From NCBI GenBank assembly GCA_973895155.1, contig OZ316893.1, forward strand, positions 17,825,836-17,889,835: a stretch of DNA of 64,000 nt. The letters run 5' to 3'. A program made the translations under genes and the position numbers. How positions within the stretch are numbered: position 1 is the stretch's first letter; the number at the start of each line of letters is the position of its first letter. This DNA comes from Marsupella aquatica (Eukaryota > Plantae > Marchantiophyta). Under the pieces are notes generated by a model, which was not told the DNA's origin, did no database searches, and saw nothing but the letters and a program-made list of their open reading frames with translations. This document shows, in pieces, positions 21,745 to 32,946 of the stretch.

Positions 21745-21980
21745 CCGAGGAGGTTTAATCCAGGTTAATGGTAGACTCAACCTTGGGTTGTAACACTCCC
21801 CCTTGGTTGTACCATGGAAACATGTTATGGTGCAACCAACAAGTTTACCATATATGTGGAGTGTAATTGTTGTATCTTTAAGATGTGGCCTAATGAAAAG
21901 GAGAAGACATTGGGGGGGATGTAACCTCATTAAAACCTCCCCTATTTTCTTTTGGGAGGAAAGAGTGTTACCATCCCTCA
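21745..21980. repeat. Conserved non-coding block shared with 45598-45830, probably subterminal DNA of the MULE-like module
   Basis: Both copies share taacactcccccttgg and gggggatgtaacctc.ttaaaacctccccta.tttctttt..ggaggaaagagt.ttaccatcc, in the same position relative to the ParB-MTase gene. Confidence 0.75.
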
Positions 21981-23981
21981 TATTCTATAGTATAATGGAA
22001 TGTAATTGGTTTGTGAGGTAAAGTTTAAGTAGACTATGTGGTCTTTAGGCTCTTTTGAGGTGAAGTGTAAACGTAAGTAGACTATGTAAACTAAGGTAAG
22101 TGGTGTATGGGTCCGTAAAGCTATTCGGCCAAGTTAGGTTGTTGTAAAGCTAGTCGTAGTTGATGGGGGATGGGCGTAGTCGGAAGGAGTCGATCCTCTT
22201 GCTCGTTGCCCTCCCTTGCTTTTGCTCTGGTTGACTCGCTGTCTCCGGTGCTCCGTGTCTCTGTCTGTGGAGAAGAAAGATCGGCAGTGAGGCTCGTCCT
22301 TCGTTTGTGAGGAAAAAGAGGGGAAATGTTAAGGGCTATGGATTGAGGCAGCGACGCATGGGCTGCATTATCGGAATTCAAGTTGAGGAGTAGCATTCTT
22401 GATGGTAAGATCTAGCCTATAGCCCTGTATATTCCTTTGTTGAATCATCTGTGTTTGTGCGTCTCCTTTATTGCCTTTGGTCTGTTTTAGTGAATGTAAA
22501 TATGGTGTCCTAATTTTCTGTGTTGCGATCTGTTCCAATGTGCTGCTGGGTCTGGTTTCCAACTAGCTTCGTGAGAAGCGCCAGTGCAGTCCTTTGGATG
22601 CAATCTATAGAGTATGTCTTCATAGTTCTGCTGCCGTTCATCTTTTGCCCGATTGAGTTGATTGTAAGATTGCTGTCGATTCCAAGATTAGCTTTGTAGT
22701 CCGGTTGCGTTTGCTTCTAGTTATTCCTCTGTGCACTTGGTCTTCCATGCCAAGATTGAATCTATTTTCCGACAAGCTCTGTAATCCCTTCAACAGTTGA
22801 GTGGTGTGAGGGCGTGCAAAGACAACGAGAGCTTTGGAAAGTTGTTGCGACAATGCAGAGCCGGTGACAACATTTTGTGAGTGTTGCAAGGTGGGTTTTC
22901 TTCGTTTGCTCTTCTATTCTTGGCTATCAGTCGATTATTCACCCCATCTCGTAGTGCATTTTCTTTTGTCTTTGTCTTTGGAATCCCTGTTGGGACACAG
23001 TCGTAGTAAGCGGAAGAGGTGATCAGGTCCCAGGTTTATCTTTTCCTGAGGTTTGTGTAAGAGCCGGGATCTGTATTTTGGGACAAAGTAGTGTATGGGA
23101 GCTGCAGGGCATCTTTTTAGGGTATGAGATTTTGGTCATGGTACGTAGTGGAATAAGATGGATTTGCGAACTAGGAGCTTGGATTTACAGAGCTAGGCCT
23201 TTGAAAACAGAGGTATTCTATTGTGCAAGCAAACAGGAGTTTTGCTAGCGAGGACAGCAGGCTAGCGAGGCAAGTTTGCGCGTAATCTGAGGGTAGTTAA
23301 GGCGCATTCCCAAGTAAGATTGTCAATATATACTGTGAAACAGTTAAGGAAAACGAAAATGCAGATACTTAAATATTCACAAACTCAAAAATCGAGATCT
23401 TCACTACACTGAACTGAATGAAAAGGCATCATCACTGTCAACAAAACCAGGTCAAAAAACCTTTCACAATCCATCTTTAATAAAACTTTGGTATGACAAA
23501 TATCTTCTAGAATGAGATTGCATCTGAAATTGACCATGAGTCATTGAGAATCCTCTGATTCCAAATCATCTGAGGAATTACTAGGATCGCTACTGGACTC
23601 CCTATCAGTCTCCTCAGCTGAACCGTCAACATACTATGCTACAGTCCCAGCCTCATCATCTATGAACTGAGGGCAGTAAAGGGCTTTCCGAACACCCCTC
23701 ACTGACCGCAGACCTTTCCCCTCCCAAGTCAAAACGACGGGCGCTTCATCAACCTCCTTTGCAGTCTTTTCAGCATAGCATGGAAGCGCAAATCCCTTGT
23801 CAGGGGTCACAAGAAAATGATCCTCGTTTTCTTTCCGAAGACGGCATCTCTCCTCCGAAAACCAATCCGAACGCCTATCACTGAAGAAATCACCAGAATC
23901 GGATCAATACTAAACATCCAAAAATTCTACAAACAAAAGAAAAACACCAAATAGGGAGTTCTACATCAAAGGCCAAGTGCT

Positions 23982-26900
23982 TTACTCCAGGTCGAATTCA
24001 TCCTTCTCGTCTGAAGGTCCTCCCTGATCATCTCCTGGGATGGTGAACTCATCATCAGACCCTTCATCTTTGGGATCATCGTTCTTCGGGTCTGCGGCCC
24101 CTTTCAACTTCTGGGCATGTCTATCCAACACATTTGCCAAAGTTCTTTGTGCACACAAATGAAGAATGTCTCGATCTTCAACACCCACAACAAATCTCCC
24201 AGCGTATTCCCCAGCGGCAAAAGCACTTCCATCTCCAACAGTCCAGTCAATGACAATGTCCTTTGGCAAAGTAAGGATCTCCATTACGGCTTGCATGAAC
24301 CCAACTGACAATCTATTGGAACCTGCGAAAGCCGCCCTGGGACTGGGATCAGTTTTTGGGTAGCAAACACTCAACATCGATTTATGGCGGGCATCCTCCG
24401 AGGAAGTCATTGGAACATATCCTATATGTTTTGGGACTTTTGCCGAGAATTCCACCTTGCAGAAGACATCCATAATGAGAGTAACCACCTGAATTGAAAA
24501 CGATAATACGTAAGAAATGGGCACTTTTGGTTAGCGAGCTCGCTAGCAAAAATTGCACAAAAATATGGAGGATAACTTACCTCGATGTCCATATCTGCCT
24601 GATACAAAGGAGATGAAAGCAAAACCGAATACTGCCGGACATGTTTAAATTTGTTCTTCTGTTCGACTGCAGAAAAAATTTGCCTCATATGGTTATAGTC
24701 GGAGCTGTGAAGAACTGCGACATAACCATCATCGGCAAGCATCGGACGCATGACTCCAAAGAAATAATATGGTAATTTCTCACTCCAAACATTCCACTTC
24801 GGGACCTCCCGGTCTGTGACGCTTGTTCGATGACCCGTGGGAAGGAATATGAAACCCAAGTGAGCACCAATTCCAGCATAATTTTTTCCGTTGATCATCA
24901 CGGCGTTTGGGTGTTCGCTCGATTTGCTCATTCCAGACAACCACTGATCCGCATCGCCCATCCAGGGAGGTCTTACTTTCCTCTGGCTAATTGAGTTTGC
25001 AGTTTCCGTGAGATTGCTCTTCGCCAAGAAATGCCTCTCACCGTCCTTCTTAAGACCACACATTCGTGCTACTCCTTGCGCGACGCATGCTTCCTCCTCA
25101 TCCGAGTCGGAGAGAATTTGGACATTGCGCTTCCTCTTTAAACGCTTGATTGAACCCAGGTCCACAGCAGATTTTGTTGTGACCTCAACATCAGGAGACT
25201 TGGGTTCTTCTCCATCATCCGCCCCACTCTTCAAACTGCCAGAGGCTGCAGCCTTTCTCTTCTCTGAAAAACATGTTAATGTCAGACAGGTGACTAAGAC
25301 AAAATTACTCCGAATGAGGTATGAAAAAAAGAGGAGAAAAAGACTTACTTTGCTTCCCAGACAAGACTGATCCATCTTTGGACGTGTCCTTCACCGGCAC
25401 TTTCCGAGGTCTCCTCGATCTACTCCGGTCCACAATGGCAGCTACACCAAGAACAACTTTCTCCATTGCATCACATCCGCCAGCCTCGGCTTCTGCAGGA
25501 GCTAATTTGGACTCTGTAATGTACGACTCTGGTATCAAGCCTCGATTTATCATATGAAATGCTGCCTTCTCTGCTGTGTCAAATGTCACTGCCCATTTGT
25601 CTGATTCTAAATACCATGGACAGTGAAGGACTTCCCACTCACTCATCTTCCTTGGAGCCTCCACTCCCTCACATGGGTACATCGAGTACTCTCCATATTT
25701 AACAGAGGTTGGATCCTCTTTCACTCCTGCTATCCAAGGCGAGAAGCAAAGCAGGATAGGACCACCAATATGTTTTGTCAGCAACTTCTCTATCCACAAA
25801 AAAATGATACGTATATCTCTTCGCCCTCCTCCGAAAAAGTGAGATGTCAATCTTCTCACCCGACTTTGGTGGCCAAATCTGTTTGAAAAAACGAGATTTC
25901 ACTCTCGTTTGGAAATCTTCAAAGTCCTCCTCTATGTCAAGGATCAGCGATGGCTTTGTCTTCTCAGACGAAGTAAGGATCCTTGCATCTGGAACAGTTG
26001 GGATCAACTCTGAAATAATCTCAGACATGAGCGAAGAACAAATTGACTCAACCTGCTCCCAAACAGCCCATCGGTGAAGCCAAAGTTTTGTTTCGCTGTC
26101 CGAGAATTGACCAGGGTGGAAGTACTTCTTGCGAAGCTCAGGTCTGCATTGTGCCTCGAGGAGTACACATCTGAGCTGGGGAGTCAACGATGAGACACCC
26201 GTAAATAGCCTCGCACGATCGAGACCACATGACACATTACCCCTTCCTTTATCGTCTGTTCGTTGGGCCTCCTTCCTCTCATGTTCGCAGTAGTTGTGCA
26301 TCTCAACACACTTCTGGAAAAAGTCACCAAACTCAGGATTCAGGAGAGGTCCAATCTTTGGCACCTTCACATTCCAATCTGCCAGTTGCTCCTTCATCAT
26401 GTCTTTGACTGCCATGTCTTGCGCAGCTTTTGAAAGAGGTTCTCCTTGCGCTTCTTTCAACTGAAACTTCTTCTTCAAATCTTCCGTCTGCGCTGCAATA
26501 TTAGCAGCAGACAGAATGTACGTGCAGGCATCGAGTGTCATGTTCTTCGAATACCAAGCCGGTTTCCTGATATTTGCCATCTTCTGCTGGAAAAGTTTGT
26601 AGTTGTCTACATCGATGATATCTTTGTATACAGAAAGGTCATTACTGAGAACCTTGTGGACTCTCTCTACTTCAAGGACCCAAGAATTCTCAACGTGACA
26701 TTGAGTCAACCTGAGCAAAAGAAACAGGTCAGCGAGATCGCTAACAAGAGGAAATGAAAGAATTTTATATACAATTCACAGCTTGAAGGAAAAGAAACAA
26801 ACCTATTCAGCGCATGCATTGCCGACTCAATCTGCATGAATGAGTTCTTGTCACCCTTGAAAATTCGACAAACAACTCGAGGATGATATTTGACATCATG

Positions 26901-27506
26901 GGGATTCTCGTCCGCAAGCTGCATCCATGAGTACAGACGATGATTTCCATCGAAAACACAGAACATTTTGTCTTTCAAAATTTTGAAAGCTTCGTGAGAA
27001 TCACATTCCCTCTCGAATTCTTCATTCTGAAGAATCCACATGTCATCCCACGACTCCCGAATCACATCCTCGCACATCTGGACAAGGCCATCTTCGCCGG
27101 TCATTTGGACGTAAAATCGAGGCGCATCTTCGATGTATCCCTGCGTCTGGAATTCATTCTTGAGTGTCTCGATCGTAGTCGAGTTAGTTTGTAAGGACCG
27201 AACGATCTGCATGTTTCGCATTCTGCAAAGGGGAATCCTCGGAGGAGCGAGCGGGAATCCAAATTCGTCATTTCCAAAAGGGAAAAGATGGCGATTGATG
27301 ACAACAAAATAGGGTTCTGAAGCTCCAGGTTGAAACGTAGGATTCACAACATCTACTTGGTTCACCATCTTGGGCCTCCTCGGTGTTTTCAATCCCGCAT
27401 GGAGTGCCTTCTTGTTCACTGTAGACCTGGTCTCCCTTCGGCTTGACTCGACTGACTTGAACGATCCTATTGATGACAAGCTCTCGGGTGAAGACAATGG
27501 CTCCAT
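23982..27506 (-). pseudogene. ParB/Srx-domain and amino-(N4C/N6A)-methyltransferase-fold fusion gene (copy 1, one frameshift)
   Basis: GT-AG introns at 26802-26711, 25348-25264 and 24580-24489 join the ORFs in frame. ParB-like region RIPLCRM...VRSL...GY...FCVFDGNHRLYSW. MTase motif-IV region HLGFIFLPTG...VPKWN...MLADDGYVAVLH and motif-I region DIVIDWTVGDGSAFAAGEYAGRFVVGVE. There is a 1-bp frameshift near 25750 and a possible extra 3' exon at ~23543-23880. Confidence 0.78.
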
Positions 27507-27892
27507 CAAGGGGTCCGTGAAGTGATAAGGGTATCAACAGGTCAAGGTCGAGGGCGACACGCTTTGCGAACATAAAAACACCCGAGAATCGATCTTCCAA
27601 TCAAAGACAGAATCATACCCTCGTCTGTTGCTTTCACCTGAATGTTGCGCCCAGTCGTGAAAAGAGATACAAATATTCTGTACGACTTTTCTCGCAATCA
27701 TTTTTCAGACAACGTCAGGTATACATGTACTTCCGGAAATACGAACCACCGAACTCACGACTGAAAGAAAAGTATCTAATGACAATGAGACAGGTGTCCA
27801 GTACTGTACCGTACCGTTGACATGTAGGTACCCGTTGACCAATTCCAACGGATATAAATGGTCACAATGGTCTCTTATGAGGAAATGTTTTT

Positions 27893-28005
27893 GCTAGCGA
27901 CATCGCTAGCCAAAAAATGACCACTAAATACATTAACTCCTGAAGGGTGTTTTGTAAGGATTTGAACAATTTTACTTGGTTCATTGAGCTAGCGAGATCG
28001 CTAGC
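27893..28005. promoter_or_regulatory. Two perfect GCTAGCGA-NN-TCGCTAGC palindromes in the divergent promoter region
   Basis: GCTAGCGAcaTCGCTAGC at 27893-27910 and GCTAGCGAgaTCGCTAGC at 27988-28005. Function is inferred. Confidence 0.7.
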
Positions 28006-28181
28006 TTTATCATTCCGCAAATAGAGTCATATAAGACAAAATAACGGTCAGATAACGGGAATAAGAGGCATTTATTAAATAAATACGTTGAGTCCAACAC
28101 CTACACAAGCACATTTCCTCATATGTATTTGGAGAAAGAAGAGAGCGAAGTATCTCACATTGTGGATTGCTGTAGACTGTA

Positions 28182-31100
28182 ATGTCCAAAACTTCCAGCA
28201 TGTCTTCATTGGGATCAAAGGTTGTGATCGAGAGAAAGACGACGGGTGATGTTGTTGTTCTGGATGTTCCGGAGAATACTATTATCTCTGTCAAGGAGTC
28301 TTTTCTCTCATCGAGGTTTGGGCTTTTGAATGATGATTTCATCTGGAAGTTGTTCGTTCTTTACTCTCGGGATGGATCCAGAAGTCACGAGGTGTCGGAT
28401 AATGGTTCAGGAATATTGCCAGAAAGAGCTTGGGACCTAAAGGGTGGTTCAGATGTAGAGCTAGTCTCATGTAAGGATGACATTGCACATATCAATGTTT
28501 CCGATCCAGAATCCCCTACTCGACCGTCACCTGCAGTACCAGAAATTATTGACATCTCCCCTGAGAGTGTGGGTAGGGATGTCTCTTCTGTGTCGACAAA
28601 GTCTTCTGAGAAATCCGTTTTTGAAGCAGTGAGTCAAAACGAGTTTCAATCTGAGCCAGTTCTTTATCGAGTTAGTGCATATGATGCCTTTCTCAATATT
28701 ACTGGGTCAAGCGAGTTGGCAAATTTCCGTAGGGGAAACGATTGGAAGGAGATTCAAGTGCAGACTTTGCCCACTTCATACAACGGAAACTGCGTTTTTG
28801 AGCTTCCTCCGGTGGAAGGTCAATTTCGTCGAGGATATGGTCTTCAGGACATGGATAGGGATAATGACGGCTATCCATGGACGAGACTTCTCACAACTTC
28901 AGCTAATCTCAAACCTCGCAATCACTGGTCTGTGTCAAAAGTCAGATGTGCCGGTGTACTTGAATGCCAAAATCTGGTCTGTAGAAAGTTGAAGCACACC
29001 GGTTCAAAAAATGACTCTTCCTTCCGAGGAAAGGGACAATTTACTGAGCCGTTTCATCTTGGTGAGCTTGTGGAGGAAGGAGGGTTGGTGTGCGGATTCT
29101 GTGAGGAGAGGCCTCTCTGCATCCGTGAATGTCCGGCTAAGCTTTTGTACGTCTATCCTAAGCCGTCTCTTGAGTCAAATGTTGCGAAACATATGTCTCG
29201 ATTGGCTGTTCACATGGGTTTCCATGACCACGTTGTTTGGAAGGGGAAATCTCGATTGGCAAAAAAGCAGGCGGAGGAGATAGTTTCTGGTGTTCATAAA
29301 GCGAATCCTGTGTGTACGCCAGGGCGTGTTCTTAACAAGTCTATAGGAAACCTGGTTTCTCTTTTGCATCCAGAGTCTTCTTCAGAACTATCAAAAGAAG
29401 AAGAGAGAGAGATTTGGGAATCGATGAAGGTTGTGTCCACTGTTGAGAAATTCCAGGCCATATTCCGGAGCGTGAAAATGTATAACCCAAAAAAGGGTGA
29501 GTTGGATTCTCTTCGTGAGATGCAAGCACGGAATAATTTTCCTTACGTTCAGAGGTACCTTTTCCCTGGGCAGGGGAGCAAGACCGATAGGGCTCATGTC
29601 TTCAAAATGAGTACAAATGGCCCAGGTTCTGGTGTCGATATTCTCAGGCAGATGAAGAGTGGAGGTGAGCTGGAAGGAGCATGGGTCAGTTCTGATGTAA
29701 TGCGGAGAATAAGCACTGGGTGGCTGACTTTCAGCGCCCATGTGTACGACCATAATTACAGGTCCCTTTGTATCATCTTCACTTGTGAGCTCCGTGCGGA
29801 GGACTCCTTATCTCTTGAAACCGCATGGAGATATATGATTGAAGTTGCCTCTGATCATGATGTGCATGACCCACTCATTGGAGGATTTATTGCCGATAAT
29901 GCCGAGGCTGGATGGATCGCCATTCGAAATGTTTTTTTTGGAGGTGTCCGTCACCCACAGAAGGAGCACAGTGACGCCTTTCACTTTGCTCAATCTCTTC
30001 GTCGTCACACATTGGAGGGTATTCGGGAAGATCGCCATCGAGAGCACTATAAACTGTGGGAAAGGCTGAGAACAGCACCAACATATGTTCAGGCCTACCG
30101 TGTTGCTGACGAAATCCATCGTTGGTGGAAGGAAGGAAACTGCTATGCTGGGAAATTGAAGTCTCTCCAAGGATGGTTATCTTGGTGGGTCGTGAGGTGG
30201 AGGCAGTGGGGGAACTTCATCCGCGTTGTAAGTGTCCAATTTCATTTCTCTTTGACGTCATTGTTTTTGCTAGCGACCTCGCTAGCATATCAGGTCTGAC
30301 TGGGGACTACTTTTTGCAGACGCAAACCGCAATGGAGTCAGCCTTGATGCCAAATTGTACTGGAGCGGAATCAGTCCATGCATCCATGAGATCCTGCCAA
30401 ATGAAGAAACTAGTGGGATTGATTGAAGCATGTGAGGTGGACCAGAATCGTGTTGCGGGGCAAATTGCTGCTTTTACTGCCTACAGTGAAGGTGTTCATA
30501 GAGGCCAGGGGCCGACCATTTTTGAATTAGCATATAGGAACGCCGATGCTATGGGATCCATGGATGCTTACGAAAAGGCAGCAAATCTTTTGCTTGAGTC
30601 TTCAGCTAAGTATGAATTCTATAGAACAGTTCCATTACATGGCGATCTCCGAACAACATCCACGAAGAGGAAAGGGAAAGCTTCAGCTGTAATCCACGAG
30701 AATGACTCCCACAGACATGACAAGGTGTCACGCACAACAGCTTCTCCTTCAGGACTAAAAAGGCGTAATCTCTATCCTGAATTTCGCTTCGTCAATGTTT
30801 CGGAGACTTCTACGGACCCAGAAGTAGCAAATAATACAACTTCGGCAACACCTGTTGGAGGTTGTTCTACTGGAGTTATGCATATTTCAGATGATGATGG
30901 TGATGATGCAAGTCGTAATGTCAATGATACCGTGAAGATGGGGACTCAACCTCAGTGTGATGTCGGGGATGACCATCGGGATGCCCCCCAAAGGATCCCT
31001 TCCATCCGAGAGGTTGATGTTCCTTATGGGACCTGGCATCTCAGGCGGAGCGGTAGAGGTGCTAGACCTGTTTGCAACGGGTCGGTTGACCGAAGCGTTT

Positions 31101-31894
31101 TTGGAAGAGATGAATGTAGAAATCTCATCAAGGAGACTGGATGTAAGTCCGCGCAAGGGGGAATTGTTGGAGTCGCCATTCACGGGTTGCGATTATCGTC
31201 TCCACATCGCCAGTTGTTGTACTTCTGTCCTAATAATAAGTGTCACAAGAGCCGAGGACGCAGAACTCTAGCTCAACTACCCCCCCCACCCGAGTCGCTC
31301 AAGGTTCAGCGTGGGACTTGCCTCTCCCATCCCGAGATAGAGTTTCTGCTGGGATTAGGATTCCAGATCAGTGGACTCTCCTATGTGGATGCAAATCAAG
31401 TTGGAGAGTTCCCGTCCCCCAATCGGGTCAACCTACGAATTGATGTTAACTCATTCCCCGAACAAATTGATCTAACTAATGTGGACCGTCGGTTGAAAAC
31501 TCGAAATGGTAAGGGTGCAAGACAGCGTTTCAGCAATACTCCAGAGTTGCTCAAGCGCATCATTTCCGCTACACAAGAATACATGAGAGTTGTCGGAAAT
31601 GAGAAGGTAACTACCGGAAATGGATGGGGTTGGAGATACTTGATCGCCACTCACGAGACTGATTGACAAGTTCCGCACACATATTGGGTGCAAATCTGTT
31701 GTTTCCCTTCGTGTTCTTGTGAAGACTTTTATAAGAGGCATACACGAGGGAAACCATACATGTCTTGTAAACATCTGCTGTGGGTGTATTTAAACAAGTT
31801 TTCACTCAACCTAGAGAAGGACGACCTTGTCAAACAGCCAATTCTGACTGTTGGGGAAGTGAGGAGTTTAATTCCGTTACAGATAGGGGACTAG
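28182..31894 (+). pseudogene. Mutator-like (MULE) DDE transposase with GCM-like zinc finger and C-terminal SWIM finger (copy 1, one premature stop)
   Basis: Exons 28182-30227 and 30320-31894 give ~1206 aa. Motifs: CAGVLECQNLVC...CGFC...CPA...GFHDH; D in WVSSDVM; D in FIADNAEA; SDAFH at the CxxH position; E in PNCTGAESVHAS; SWIM CSCEDF...CKHLLWV. In-frame TGA at 31664-31666. Confidence 0.85.
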
Positions 31895-32517
31895 TCGTTT
31901 ATTGGAGATGCTAATTATAGGGTGGTGGGATGGATTACTCGAGTTTGTGGTTTCACAAATATCAATTTGTTTTCACCGAGTGAATCATAATGTTAGCGAG
32001 GTCCACAATGGTAACTTTTATGGTGTTTGAGTTTTCTGTTTATGGTTAGCGATCTCTCTAGTCTTAGGAAGTCTACTGCATCCTGACAGAAACATCCTAC
32101 TTTCATACGTGTTAATCTATCGACAAGTTTCTATAGAGTTCACGGTTTGATCATTAAAATGACGCCAGTTTTTGGCTAGCGAGATCGCTAGTCTGATCAA
32201 CGGAATTTAGGACAGGATGTGACAGGATGTTTAGGGTTTAGGGAGGGAAGTTTCCCCTGAAGTTGTTATGGTAATACTCCATCGAATTGATTATCAAAGA
32301 TGAACACAGTTCTATACTAGCGATATCGCTAGTCTGGGAAAGGTCCAACAGTGACTTCAAAATAAAAGTACTATGTGCGAAATGGCATTCCAGAGAAACA
32401 CATAGAAATGAAAGGACCACCCAAACTTTACTTCTCATACATATTGAAAGTATATGAGGACATGCAGTTCGCTTGTAACTACAAAAATTTCAGTAAATCC
32501 ACAACCTGACTCTACCC

Positions 32518-32946
32518 TCAGGGGCTGGACGCCTTCCATGCATCGGAGTCAGTGTCTGACTCTGAATCGTAATCCGAAGAGGCGAGGCGTTCCTCGGTCC
32601 AGTAGTCATAGATCTCCCTGTCAATCCAATACTGATCCTCTTCTGCGAGCCTCTTCCTCTTCGATACAACCTCGCGCTGTGTGGTATCCACCTTTGGCTT
32701 CGGTGGAGACTTTGCTGCTGGAATTAACTTTGGAGGAGTAGGTGTTCTCCTCAATGATGATGACGATCCAACAGATTGACCGAGTTCGGTTGGGACACTG
32801 CTGCCTAAGGAGACCTTCATAGTCTCTGCATCGGGTTTCTGCTTCGGAGGAGAGTCATCTTCAAGCGGGCCATCTGTCGCCGGGTTGTAACGACGGATCT
32901 CAAGTCTCCATTTCCCCTGAGGAGGATTGCTTGGAACACCAGACAT
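32518..32946 (-). CDS. Small low-complexity ORF with an acidic tail, convergent with the transposase; possible third gene of the module
   Basis: 142-aa ATG ORF ending QYWIDREIYDYWTEERL...SDYDSESDTDSD, preceded by an AG acceptor-like site. No recognisable family. Confidence 0.35.
   Translation of the reverse strand: MSGVPSNPPQGKWRLEIRRYNPATDGPLEDDSPPKQKPDAETMKVSLGSSVPTELGQSVGSSSSLRRTPTPPKLIPAAKSPPKPKVDTTQREVVSKRKRLAEEDQYWIDREIYDYWTEERLASSDYDSESDTDSDAWKASSP

Noticed and set aside
23982-27506. Bacterial contamination or prophage as the source of the ParB-MTase gene
   Set aside because: The gene has GT-AG spliceosomal introns, lies among plant transposons and recurs as a decayed paralogue.
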